A DNA stretch of 64,000 nucleotides from Octopus sinensis (GCF_006345805.1 NC_043010.1:14322001-14386000), one strand, 5' to 3'. Positions 48,751-61,366 are shown, counted from the first letter of the stretch. Notes: generated by a model not told the origin, from the letters alone. Made by a program: numbers and translations.

Positions 48751-49343
48751 TATACAAGTTATATATTAAATATCAAATGATTCACAGTATATATAAATTA
48801 GTAAAATACATATTATTTATAAATAAAAATAGGGGTGGGGGTGCCAAGGGTATTATGTGGACATGAGGGGGCAGTATTCCAAAACGTTTGAGAACCTGAT
48901 GTAGGATAACAGTATCTAGTGTATTCTTTCTAAGAAATAAGGTATGATTTGAGAGAGAATTGACTATTATGCTTAGCAGTTTGAGAAACCCTGCAGAGAC
49001 ATGCTAGTGTTGTCTATCAATGTATTTAGCTGGTGTTTTGAAGCAACAAAATCTCTTTAAAGAAGGAAATGATGGTACTTCCATTGTCTGAAATCATTGA
49101 GATGAACATTCCAGTATATTTTGCATATGGGGAATATTACCTTGTTTTGGAATCATTGGTGGTGGTGGTGGGGTAGTTGGTGATGGGAAAGGCATCTGGC
49201 TGTAGAAAATCTTCCTCAGTAAATTCTGTCTGGCCCATGGAGAAGTGGGTGTTACAATAATGCTATAAAAGGACAGTCTTGTGAGTTGAAAGTATGGAGA
49301 GCAAGGGTGATTTCAGACTGGTTCTTACCTAAAGGTCATTTAA

Positions 49344-49595
49344 CCCTTTAGTGTTCAGATTATTCTGTCAAATGTGATGTTTGTTTTGAATTAATATATT
49401 GTTGAATTATATATTTGAATTAATATATTGTTTTGAATTAATCCTGCATTATCTTGTTTAGAGATTTCAGTGATGCTATTTTTTTAGTTTTAGAATGACA
49501 TGGTAGGGCTGAGGTGAGAGGTGAGAGCTGGTCAGTTTCAATATAAAACAGGTTAAATATTTTGGCCGGATATGGCCGGTTTGAATGCTAAAGGG
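49344..49595. mobile_element. piggyBac-like MITE, subfamily 2
   Basis: TTAA|CCCTTT ... AAAGGG|TTAA. Confidence 0.75.
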
Positions 49596-49677
49596 TTAAT
49601 GTGGTTGCAAAGGGAACTTCTTAATCACACACCCATGCTACTGATAATTTTTTTAATTTTTTTTAAATATAATCAAG

Positions 49678-49776
49678 ATTGGAGCCTGGTGCAACCATCT
49701 GGTTCGCCTGCCCTCAGTCAAAATCGTCCAACCCATGCTAGCATGGAAAGCGGACGTTAAACGATGATGATGATGA
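49678..49776 (+). mobile_element. Family D SINE extreme 3' end
   Basis: CCAACCCATGCTAGCATGGAAAGCGGACGTTAAACGATGATGATG. Confidence 0.75.
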
Positions 49777-50578
49777 ACGAAGAAAAATTTCTCATTACAG
49801 CATAACCTCAACAATATTTTAATTATTGATAAAATGATGACTTCAAAAAACATGGTTAGGGGCTTGTTAGCTTCCAGCTCGGCAATCTTGTGACGGTCCC
49901 ATTTTCTATTTGGGCATTCTCCCTGACATGGTACCTTCATGTAATCAATGCATTTATCCTCGTACTAGGGTTAACCCTAACCAACACAAATGTGAGCAGT
50001 GCTCAAATGTAAGATGCTCTTGTACGTTTATAAAGAATCAGTAACTGTTAAGAGCTTGAAGTAATTCTAGCATAATGACCTGCAACAAAAACCTTGAGAT
50101 GAAGAATAGTGCTTATATATTAAACTTCTTTAACCTCACAGCTTAAACAAAGCAGTGCTGAATGTAGAAGGATAGTGTCTTGTTTTTTTGCTAATGGAAT
50201 TCTGAGGTAAACACTGGCTTAATAAGAATTAATTGCAATATGGTCTAATGTAAAGTACTTGATGCTTCTGGAGAGAAAATGCAATATCCTTGATGTGGAA
50301 TTATGTTAATGGTATAAAGATTTGATATTATTTGTGTGAAAAGTATTGGCAGTTTCGTTCAAATCTAGAAAAGAACACATTTGAACTGATACAAGTTAGC
50401 CAAGTTAATTGTAGGGCCACTTTTTAATGAATGGGGACACAGTGGTAAAACTCAGTTCAGGTATTGGGTTATTTAGTTATATCTTGCAAGCTTTTTCAGG
50501 GTTTCTGCACAAGGTAAAAATCAAAGAATTTTTTACAATGCTGACAAGGAAAGGCACCATGTTTTCTTGGGGTTATTG

Positions 50579-50810
50579 CCTATTTCTTTACTACCAACAA
50601 GGGGCTAAACACAGAGAGCACAAACAAGGACAGACAAACGGATTAAGTCGATTATATCGACCCCAGTGTGTAACTGGTACTTATTTAATCGACCCTGAAA
50701 GGTTGAAAAGCAAAGTCAACCTCGGTGGAATTTGAACTCAGAACGTAGCGGCAGGCGAAATACCGCAAATATTTCGCCTGGCGTGCTAACGTTTCTTCCA
50801 GCTCGCCGCC
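50579..50810 (-). mobile_element. Family C SINE, full length
   Basis: Reverse match to 27521-27752. Confidence 0.85.
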
Positions 50811-51128
50811 TTGGGGATATTACCTGATGTTGAATAGTGGGTTATCTAGCAGTTGATTTTTGCTATGGAAACGAGTTGTGAGCTCCTTACTATTTGAGTT
50901 TTTTTTTGTTTTTAACATGGTAGAAAGTGACTTCAGTTAATGTGAAAAGATTTGTTTTTCTAGCGTTGGTGGTGTTTAGAATCTATGGTAGTAACTATGG
51001 TGCTGGCAGTGGTGGTGTCAGGGTCTATGGTGGCTTTGGCATTAGAATCAACAGTGGTGATGGTAGCAGTGATGTTTGAATCTGTGGTAGTGTTTGTGGC
51101 ATAAGGTTGCATAAACAACTGAAATAAT

Positions 51129-51494
51129 TCTCTTTTACTAGTTTGTCATTTGACTGCGGCCATGCTGGAGCACCACCTTTAGTCGAGCATATCGACCCCA
51201 AGACTTATTCTTTGTAAGCCTAGTACTTATTCTATCGGTCACTTTTACGTAAATACACCAGCATCGGTTGTCAAGCGATGTTGTGGGGACAAACACAAAC
51301 ATACATACACACATATATATATACATATATACGATTGGCTTCTTTCAGTTTCCGTGTACCAAATCCACTCACAAGGCTTTGGTCGGCCCGAGGCTATAGT
51401 AGAAGACACTTACCCAAAGTGCCACGCAGTGGGACTGAACCCGGAACCATGTGGTTGGTAAGCAAGCTACTTACCACACAGCCACTCCTGCGCC
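51129..51494 (-). mobile_element. Family A SINE
   Basis: Reverse match with a small deletion. Confidence 0.88.
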
Positions 51495-51911
51495 TAATTG
51501 TTGAAGATCCGTGTAGTTTGTCGTGGCATGGATAGATGTGTTTGATTTGTGCATTTTGATTGTCACGATTGCATTATCTCTGCAACTGGAAGTGACCGGC
51601 CACACAAGTCGGTGGTGTTTGTCATTTGTACTTGATAGGTGCAATAAATTGAGATCCTGTTTTGAGTGATTTGTTACTTGGCAAGAGATTTCAGCTGAGG
51701 GTGTGTTTAAGGCGAGGAAGTTTTATTTATCGTGTAAGTGGAAGTCTTCGTTGTCAACACACAGGTACTATTAAGGTAATTTATTTCAAATTGGAAATGA
51801 AGGAAATAAAGACCTCCCCCCCCCCCAAAAAAAAAAGAAAATGACTTGCACAAAAAACTGCAACAGCAAATAACAGCAGTGGTTTAATTTCTTTTGATTG
51901 GGCAGGAACGA

Positions 51912-53001
51912 TCACAGCTACCTGCTGAACTGCCATGTATGTAGTTTTCATCTCCCCGAGTACTTTTAAAGGTCTGGATTGACCTTAGTAAGTAGATTGA
52001 ACCAGGGACCCTGTGATTGTTCACAGCTACCTGCTGAACTGCCATGTATGTAGTTTTCATCTCTCCGAGTACTTTTAAAGGTCTGGATTGACCTTAGTAA
52101 GTGGATTGAACCAGGGACCCTGTGATTGCTCACAGCTACCTGCTGAACTGCCATGTATGTGGTTTTCATCTCCCCGAGTACTTTTAAAGGTCTGGATTGA
52201 CCTTAGTAAGTGGATTGAACCAGGGACCCTGTGATTGCTCACAGCTACCTGCTGAACTGCCATGTATGTAGTTTTCATCTCCCCGAGTACTTTTAAAGGT
52301 CTGGATTGACCTTAGTAAGTGGATTGAACCAGGGACCCTGTGATTGTTCACAGCTACCTGCTGAACTGCCATGTATGTGGTTTTCATCTCCCCGAGTACT
52401 TTTAAAGGTCTGGATTGACCTTAGTAAGTGGATTGAACCAGGGACCCTGTGATTGCTCACAGCTACCTGCTGAACTGCCATGTATGTGGTTTTCATCTCC
52501 CCGAGTACTTTTAAAGGTCTGGATTGACCTTAGTAAGTAGATTGAACCAGGGACCCTGTGATTGTTCACAGCTACCTGCTGAACTGCCATGTATGTAGTT
52601 TTCATCTCCCCGAGTACTTTTAAAGGTCTGGATTGACCTTAGTAAGTAGATTGAACCAGGGACCCTGTGATTGTTCACAGCTACCTGCTGAACTGCCATG
52701 TATGTAGTTTTCATCTCCCCGAGTACTTTTAAAGGTCTGGATTGACCTTAGTAAGTGGATTGAACCAGGGACCCTGTGATTGCTCACAGCTACCTGCTGA
52801 ACTGCCATGTATCTAGTTTTCGTCTCCCCGAGTACTTTTAAAGGTCTGGATTGACCTTAGTAAGTGGATTGAACCAGGGACCCTGTGATTGCTCACAGCT
52901 ACCTGCTGAACTGCCATGTATGTGGTTTTCATCTCCCCGAGTACTTTTAAAGGTCTGGATTGACCTTAGTAAGTGGATTGAACCAGGGACCCTGTGATTG
53001 C
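51912..53001. repeat. Tandem array of ten 109-bp units
   Basis: Units start at 51912, 52021 ... 52893; they differ mainly at three transition sites. Confidence 0.97.
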
Positions 53002-53299
53002 TAAGTGAACTTGTTGAGCATTTAGTCATACCTGTGTCATCACACAATCCATGCGCATAATACAGACATGCCGGTACACACCCTCACTCTTGCTATACAA
53101 ACCGTGCTTGTTTCAATTTGCTTGATTAATGGAAAAACAGGTTCCACACCCCACTTCATGACTGAGTGGTTTACTCTGAATTCAGTTGCTTCAACAAACA
53201 CTTCCCATCTATTCAAACAGAGAAATGACAGCGTAAAAATAGGAAAACAAAGAAGACAAAAAAAAAAAACAATCCCTTTTTTTTTTTTTTGCTGTCGCC

Positions 53300-53675
53300 T
53301 TTACCTTTTATCTTGTTTCAGTCACTGGATTTTACGGTCATACTGGAGCACTGCCTTGAAGAGTTTAGTTGAACACATCAAACCCAGTGCTTTTTTTTTT
53401 AAAGCTGGGTGCTTATTCTATTTGTCTCTTTTGCTTAGCAGCTAAGTTATGGGGATGTAAACAAACCAACATAGTTGTCAAGCAGTGGTGGGGTCAAGCA
53501 CAGACACATACACGATGGGCTTCGACACAGTTTCTGTCTACCTACCGAATCCACTCACAAGGCATTGGTTGGCCTAGGGCTATAACAGAAGCTACTTGAC
53601 CAATGTGCTGTGCTGTGAGATTGAGCCAAAACTGTGGTTTGCAAAGCAAGTTTCTAACTACACAGTTGTGCCTGC
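53300..53675 (-). mobile_element. Old diverged family A SINE
   Basis: Recognisable head, body and tail. Confidence 0.7.
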
Positions 53676-53686
53676 TCCTGTTAATT

Positions 53687-54278
53687 TATTTCTTTACTAC
53701 CCACAAGGGGCTAAACACAGGGGACAAACAAGGACAGACAAACGGATTAAGTTAACATCGACCCCCAGTGCGTAACTGGTACTTAGTTTATCGACCTTGA
53801 AAGGATGAAAGGCAAAGTCGACCTCGGAGGAATTTGAACTCAGAACGTAGCGACGGGCGAAATACCTATTTCTTTACTACCCACAAGGGGCTAAACACAG
53901 AGGGGACAAACAAGGACAGACAAACAGATTAAGTTGATTACATCGACCCCAGTGCTTAAATGGTACTTAATTTATCGACCCCGAAAGGATGAAAGGCAAA
54001 GTCGACCTCGGCGGAATTTGAACCCAGAACGTAGCGATGGGCGAAATACCTATTTCTTTACTACCCGCAAGGGGCTAAACACAGAGGGGACAAACAAGGA
54101 CAGACAAACGGATTAAGTTGATTACATTGACCCCAGTGCTTAAATGGTACTTACTTTATCGACCCCGAAAGGATGAAAGGCATAGTCGACCTCGGCGGAA
54201 TTTGAACCCAGAACGTAACAGCAGACAAAATACGGCTACACATTTCGCCCGGTGTGCTAACGGTTCTGCCAGGTCACC
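53687..54278 (-). mobile_element. Family C SINE head-to-tail trimer
   Basis: Units begin at 53687, 53867 and 54051; only the 54051-54278 unit has the full head. Confidence 0.9.
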
Positions 54279-54822
54279 GAGTCTATTTTGTTATCCATTT
54301 CTGATCTGGTTTTTGATAATCCATTTCACTGTATCATGAATGAGTGTTATGAAGGACTGACATATAATCAGTGATATCAAATTTCATTAATGAAATATAG
54401 CCAGGTATTGTTGTGAGTCCAAGGCGTTTGCTTCACAATTATGCAGTTTAGTTTGATTCTATCATAGAAGATTCTATGCCAATGACCTCTCTGAATGAAA
54501 CGTGAACTTGTGTTTGTTTATTGGCGTAAAAACTTTATGAAAATAATGTTCGTAAAGGGACATAACTCAGATGAACTTAAACAATTTGCTAATAGATGTG
54601 GATAAAATGAATAGCAGACTAAGATCTAGGGTTGTTGAAATTGGTGCTTGAAGGTTGTGCTCCAGTGTTTCCGCAGTCCAATGGTTGAAACTGGTAAAAA
54701 AAAGAATGAGATATTGTTCTGGTGCAAAAATCACTGAATAAATTTTGAAACTTCAAATGGAAAAAAAACAAACAAAAAAAAAACAAAAAAAACAAAACAA
54801 AAAAAAAAACAAAACAAAAAAA

Positions 54823-54987
54823 GGCGCAGGAGTGGCTGTGTGGTAAGTAGCTTGCTAACCAACCACATGGTTCCGGGTTCAGTCCCACTGCGTGGCATCT
54901 TGGGCAAGTGTCTTCTGCTATAGCCCTGGGCCGACCAATGCCTTGTGAGTGGATTTGGTAGACGGAAACTGAAAGAAGCCTGTCGTA

Positions 54988-55053
<66 letters not shown>

Positions 55054-55270
55054 TGTGTGTTTGTGTGTCTGTGTTTGTCCCCCTAGCATTGCTTGACAAC
55101 CGATGCTGGTGTGTTTACGTCACCATCACTTAGCGGTTCGGCAAAAGAGACCGATAGGATAAGTACTGGGCTTACAAAGAATAAGTCCCGGGGTCGATTT
55201 GCTTGACTAAAGGCGGTGCTCCAGCGTGGCCGCAGTCAAATGACTGAAAGAAGTAAAAGAGTATAAAGAG
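54823..55270 (+). mobile_element. Family A SINE with an expanded internal (TA)n
   Basis: High similarity to 4683-5098. Confidence 0.9.
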
Positions 55271-55694
55271 AGTTAAGAATTTTGCTAAATTTATACAGTA
55301 GCAGCAACATCAGTGACTAGGAAACTTCTAAAGCTATTCATTTTGGCTTGGAATAGCAACCAAATATCTCGCCTCACACACACACCCTACCATTTTAAGA
55401 TAGGACACTTAGGCAAATGGCCTCGATTCACTTTGATCATGGGTGTGGTCGAGCAAGGCTGTCTGAGAATTAACAACGGCCTATGTGAGGCCTATGAGAA
55501 ATCTGACCTTGATGAACTAGCTAAGGGGATGACTGGGATAAGGTTAAAATGGAAATAATTGGAAGCTGGAAACTAAAGATAAGGAGACACAAGTGATCCC
55601 TATGTGACATGTATGTGTTGGTGTAGTAACAGATATTACAACTGACATAAAGCAGAACAGGTCCATGTTCAACTATCTGTAAATTTTATTGCTT

Positions 55695-55738
55695 CTGCTC
55701 TCTCTCTTATCTCCCTCTTCTCTCTCATTCTCTCTCTT

Positions 55739-55789
<51 letters not shown>

Positions 55790-55805
55790 CTCTCTGTCTT
55801 TCTCC
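55695..55805. repeat. (CT)n microsatellite
   Basis: Interrupted CT run. Confidence 0.9.
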
Positions 55806-56014
55806 CCCCCCAGGTCAGCTCTGATTGACCAAACCCAGTAATGTAGGGTATGCATAATACTTATAAAAGTTGATCTAAAAGTAACGCCCTATTTTTTTTG
55901 TATCTATTAAACCAAAAAAAACAAAACAGGATTTTGTTCTCTTTCTGAGAGAGAAAAAAAATAAAAATAAAGCCTTTATAAGTATTTTAATATTCAAATA
56001 TATTTTTTGCTTAA

Positions 56015-56235
56015 CCCTTTCGATACCAACCCGGCTGAAACCGACTCTGGCTCTGAGTACAAATGTCTTGTTTCCATAAGTTTTGAATTAAAATCTTCCA
56101 CCAAACCTTAGAAACAATTTATTTTCCTAACACTAGCTTAATGATAACTAAGTTATTTTACTAAATTCTTTATCATATTTAAAACTAATTGAAAGAAAAA
56201 CAGAGCATCTCAAAATAAATACAGTAACAAAAGGG
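56015..56235 (+). mobile_element. piggyBac-like MITE, subfamily 1
   Basis: TTAA flanks; matches 42725-42943. Confidence 0.85.
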
Positions 56236-57049
56236 TTAAGCTCCAGTATAGAATCTTAGAATAATTTTCCAAATTTCAAATCCTGACATAAGAAAAAGCT
56301 GTTAGGCACTAAAATTACACACACACTCTCTCATGTACACATATAGTTACAATAAAATAAAAATATTAAAAATGAAGTTATTTTAAAGTGTTTGCTGACT
56401 AGTCTAAGACAAATTCATTCTATGCGAGAAAGTATTTTTAGCCCTGCTTAAAATAATTTTCCAGGTTAGTATTTGTAAATTTCCAAAGGGAACATTTTTG
56501 CATAACCACCAAAATGCTTCAGAATTTGTGCTCATTACCTTTGGCATAGTTAGACTCCTGTGTCTTAGGTTTATACTTTGCATAATATCTACGAATAAAT
56601 CATGTCATCTGGAGGTCTAAACTTGGCAGTTAGTGTTTGAAAAAAAATTACATGACGCATCGTAAAACATAAATGAATGAAATCTGTATGAGTATTTTAT
56701 GTCTTGTTGTAAAAACATTTTTGTTTGGCTCACATGTTTCTAAGGGTTGTAACAATTATATTTGTTTTAGATTGATGCTAGAAATATTTTCTTATATAGA
56801 ATTAAATCACATGCTCTATAGAGTGTTATGCTTTTAATCCGGGAGTGCTTGAAGAATTCTTTTTGTAAAATTGTGTGTGCTAGCTGAAATAGCCTATAGA
56901 AAAGGTAGAGAATTTAAATGGGTTGGTTTTTAAAATTTTTTTTTTTAAATAACCACTGTGTATCTGTACATATATACTTAGTACCTTCTTTGTCCGTTAC
57001 CACTTGTAAAAAAAAAAGCCCTGCAAACCAAAGCTAAGAGAATAGATCT

Positions 57050-57310
57050 TACAGGTCTATATTTAAGAGATGAGGAATTATGTATATTATTTTACATTTG
57101 ACGGATATTTGTCCTCATCTTGTTTGTTCTTAACACGTTTCGGCTGATATACCCTCCAGCCTTCATCAGGTGTCTTGGGGGAAATTTTGAACCTGGGTTC
57201 TCATTCGTAAGGTATTTTTCAATGTTGTTGTTGTTCAGGTCACTGCCTGGAATCGAACTCGGAATCTTGGGGTTAATAGCCTGCGCTCTTAACCACTATG
57301 CTGTATGCCT
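57050..57310 (-). mobile_element. Family E: tRNA(Asn)-like-headed SINE with a hammerhead-like tail
   Basis: Reverse complement: AGCATAGTGGTTAAGAGCGCAGGCTATTAACCCCAAGATTCCGAGTTCGATTCC ... GACACCTGATGAAGGCTGGAGGGTATATCAGCCGAAACGTGTT. Confidence 0.75.
57132..57174 (-). ncRNA. Hammerhead-like motif, probably damaged at the cleavage site
   Basis: GACAC-CTGATGA-A-GGCTG(10 nt)CAGCC-GAAAC-GTGTT; core and 5-bp stem II intact, but there is no room for an NUH triplet before the stem I partner. Confidence 0.5.
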
Positions 57311-57510
57311 GTGGGCAATTATGGAGTGAATTTTTAGGGCTTATAAATCTATTTTCCTGTCCTTCCTTAATACCGGTTTCCATATACTATTCATGTCTGC
57401 ACTCGATCTACTTAGGAGGTTGCTGTGTCCTAGCATATGTGCTGCTTCTTTTAGTTTTCCTATTTTCCAGCTGTGTTCTCTGTCTTATTTTAAAATTATT
57501 ATTTAAAATA

Positions 57511-57628
57511 ATATGGCGTAGTGGTTAAGAGTGCAGGCTACTAACCCCAAGATTCCGAGTTCAATTCCAGGCAGTGACTTAATAATAATATCGAAAAATA
57601 GCTTAGGAATGAGAACCCAGGTTCGAAA
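57511..57628 (+). mobile_element. Family E SINE, 3'-truncated, inverted relative to 57050-57310
   Basis: TGGCGTAGTGG A-box, GAGTTCAATTCC B-box; stops before the hammerhead. Confidence 0.75.
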
Positions 57629-58077
57629 GTGAATAATGTAGAATAGATCTTGATAAAGCCTAGGATAGTACAGAAAGTTTGTGATAACCTTGCTGCAGTT
57701 CCTCGGGTGAAACTAATGCTGAACCTAGTGCTATTATACGATAGTGAAGTTAAGAGGTAGAACATGATTTCACTGCAAGCCAAGCTTGTACACTGATTGC
57801 CTGATGGCCAGGAATCTCCGTGTAAAATGTCTATGCTTGCATCTGAGTGGATTGGTCCCATTTAAGTAAAGTCTATGATGCTAGAACTAAGGGCTAGTTG
57901 TTGTAAGTGTATTGAGATTTTGAGTCCTGAACTTCTACGTCCCCACCACATCAGTGGCTGTTAATTAGTACTAGTGTTGCTTGCTGAATTAATCTTCTGT
58001 GTCGATGGTCATGGTCACTTGGGTCTCCACAGTAAATATAAGTTGTAGAGGACATACAGCTTCCCATAGTAAATGAT

Positions 58078-58348
58078 GATGATGATCATCATCTTTTGAC
58101 ATCATCATCATCATTGTTCGACCGTGGTCAAGACAATGGAATTTACTATGTCAGGCCAGACTTCACGGTCCATCATAGCATTACGGAGGTCCTGTTGCTG
58201 GATGCTTGTATCCCTGGAGATTACATCAGGGTAGGAGAGTGTGCGCCCTCTGGTATCGCGAGCAGATGGCTTCCAGAGGAGAAGAGTAGAAATTACCTCG
58301 TTTTCAGCTCTACAACAATGTCCAGCAAACTGGACTCTTCTACCTTTC
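58078..58348 (-). mobile_element. RTE-clade LINE 3' fragment
   Basis: KGRRVQFAGHCCRAENEVISTLLLWKPSARDTRGRTLSYPDVISRDT...TTVEQ plus (GAT)n. Confidence 0.88.
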
Positions 58349-59610
58349 TTTTGACATAGTTGAACAACCAATTCCAACCAGTCTAGATTTACGGTATATT
58401 TGACTTTCACACCCAACCCTGGTGCTTGATTCAGTTGCATTATTCCTCCTTTCAATCAGTGAATACAAAAACGTGGATCATGAGAGCTCCTTTCAAGGGA
58501 TTATCCCTGAATCATCATCTCACCCTTGTAACTCCCTTTCATTCCATTGATCTTTGCACGTACAGGAGAGTCATCCCCTTTCCCTTTTTGCTTTAACACA
58601 ATATTGGATGGCCTTTGGCTCTCTGGAGTTCTGCTCTTGGTCAGGTTTTGGTTTTTTATCCTGCAGAATGTCCAATAATCCACCCTCCTTACGAAGCAAA
58701 CTTGGTGGGGTTGCTGATTTAGCCACCGATAACCTGACCATGCTCCAGGTTGTACTTAGTAGTGCACAAGAGTGACCTGACAGTAAACCGTGGGAGTTTT
58801 TGTACAACTACTGAAGGGGTCGTAGGATAACGGGACACAGCTGATCTTAAGTTGTATCATGTGAGCTTGGCTTTGATGGTCTTCCTCACAAAACTAATAA
58901 TTCATTTATCTATTTTGGAAAGACTGACTAATGAGAGAAAAAAAAAATCTGAAATTGTACTTGAATACAGGGATGAGAGTTCGTTATACATTTTCCCCAT
59001 TCTTCCTTCATTTGTCTCAATTCTGATATTATCAATCTTAGAAAATTCAACTCCTAAACAGTTAAAATATCCAGCCTGGACAGGAAGAAAAGCAAAATTG
59101 ATCTTGGCAGAATTTGAACTCAGATATAATAATGCTTCTAATTCAGGGGTAAGATTGGTATTTTGAGGGAAGGGGATTAGTTGAGCCCATTGATCTCAGT
59201 ATTTGACTTTTTATTTATTTATTTATTTTTGACTCTGGGGGGATGAAATGCAAAGTTGACCTTGGTGGGATCTGAACACAAAATGTAATGAACTACAAGA
59301 GACACTCAAAGTATATTTGTTGGTTGCTGTAACATTTTTGCCAATCCAGCTCCTAAAATCCTATCCTCTACTGGCACGAGGCCTGAAATTTTGTGGGGAG
59401 AGAGCTAGTTGATTACATCGACCCCCAGTGTCCAACTGGTATTTATTTTATTGATACTGCAAAGATAGAGCTGGAAGAAATGCTGCTTAGCACATTGTCT
59501 GGTGTGCTAACAATTCTGCCAGCTTGCTTTGTAATGGTGATATTTGCCACTAGGGCCTATTCATGTGTATTTAAATTACAATAAACATACTACAAAAAAT
59601 ATATATATAT

Positions 59611-59990
59611 GGCTGTGTGGTAAGTAGCTTGCTAACCAATCACATGGTTCTGGGTTCAGTCCCACTGCGTGTCATCTTGGGCAAGTGTCTTCTGCTATAG
59701 CCCCGGGCCGACCAATGCCTTGTGAGTGGATTTGGTAGACGGAAACTGAAAGAAGCCTGTCGTATATATGTGTGTGTTTATGTGTCTGTGTTTGTCCCCC
59801 TAGCATTGCTTGACAACCGATGCTGGTGTGTTTATGTCCCCGTTACTTAGCGGTTTGGCAAAACAGACCGATAGAATAAGTACTGGGCTTACAAAAGAAT
59901 AAGTCCCGGGGTCGATTTGCTCGACTAAAGGCGGTGCTCCAGCATGGCCGCAGTCAAATGACTGAAACAAGTAAAAGAATATAAAGAATA
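59611..59990 (+). mobile_element. Family A SINE
   Basis: High similarity to 4683-5098. Confidence 0.9.
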
Positions 59991-60438
59991 TAAAAGGGGG
60001 GGGGGCTGCAGACAACTATATGAGGAATGAGGTAAGACAGATTTATGTTTCACAGTATATTAGGACAGACTAAAAATGTTTTAAATTGCTCGGTAATTAC
60101 ACCAATTAGGCATAACAGGGACATAATTGAGAAAAAGGATATAATTTAAAAGCAACAGGGCAGTTTAACTACATGCTCAGCATGAGCTACAAATTTTGAC
60201 TGAGGAGCAGGGTATATAGTCACATTTCTTCGATTTTACATTCCTCTGTATTGCTTGGAAGGGATCCAGTTGGTTCATTTATCTCAATAGGTGGAGTTTA
60301 CCATCATTGGCCCTAAGACGGAACTGGTGTGAAATTGTTTGCACCGTGGCTTTTTTTTTCTTTTTTTTCGGGGAGAAAGTAGGTATAATATAGCCGAATG
60401 GTTAAGAAGTTTGCTTTGCTATAGCCTTGCATTTACTA

Positions 60439-60840
60439 CTAGCAAGCAGTATCGCCCGGTGTTGCTCGGGTTTGTAAGGGAAATAACTATATATGCATTT
60501 TTAGAGAGATATAGCCAAAAAATAGCAAAAAAATGCATTAAAAATGGGAAAAAAATTATGGTAAATTTTTTTAAAAATCGTTGACTCATCGTAGACATTT
60601 TTAGAGAGTTACTTCCCTTATATAATAGGGAAAAAATGCATTAAAATGGAAAAAAATTATGGTAAATTTTTTTTTAAATTGTAGACTCATTGTAGACGCG
60701 CGCTAATACTCAGAAGGGCTCGATATGAATCACGACTATAAGATATCCAGTTTTGGTTAAACTGCACCACAAAATGTGGGAGTAGTTAGGAATCTAAATC
60801 GTAGGAGACAGACACACAACTTCACTTTTATATATAAAGA
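60439..60840 (-). mobile_element. Non-autonomous Helitron
   Basis: Reverse complement of the 26584-26979 family; A|CTAG...AAAGA|T ends. Confidence 0.8.
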
Positions 60841-60987
60841 TAAGCCTTGTGTTGACCCATTCCCTGGAAGTGAAATTGGGTTACTGGAAACGGTATTGAA
60901 GGCTGTTTGGTTGGTATGTACCTATAATTCAAAAAAGAACAGCCTCGTCAAACGGTCATGCTGATTCTACTTGAGAATTACATTGAG

Positions 60988-61200
60988 TACTCTCTCTTTT
61001 ACTCTTTTACTTGTTTCAGTCATTTGACTGCGGCCATGCTGGAGCACCGCCTTTAGTCAAGCAAATCGACCCCAGGACTTATTCTTTGTAAGCCCAGTAC
61101 TTATTCTATCGGTCTCTTTTGCTGAACCACTAAGTGACGGGGACGTAAACACACCAGCATCGGTTGTCAAGCAATGCTAGGGAGACACACAAACACATGT

Positions 61201-61245
<45 letters not shown>

Positions 61246-61366
61246 CATATATACGACAGGCTTCTTTCAGTTTCCATCTACCAAATCAACTCACAAGGCA
61301 TTGGTCGGCCCAGGGCTATAGCAGAAGACACTTGTTCAAGGTGCCACGCAGTGGGACTGAACCCGG
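60988..61366 (-). mobile_element. Family A SINE, head truncated
   Basis: Reverse match ending at GACTGAACCCGG. Confidence 0.88.

Noticed and set aside
49860-50015. Hydrophobic plus-strand frame GLVSFQLGNLVTVPFSIWAFSLTW...
   Set aside because: No pyrimidine tract or start codon, and the opposite strand is equally open; unsupported.
51912-53001. CRISPR-like array or repeated 67-aa peptide gene
   Set aside because: Units are contiguous with no unique spacers, there are no cas genes and the context is eukaryotic; the ORFs are just the repeat read across units.
53033-53210. Minus-strand exon candidate WEVFVEATEFRVNHSVMKWG...
   Set aside because: An in-frame stop precedes the best donor; open stretches of this length are expected by chance.
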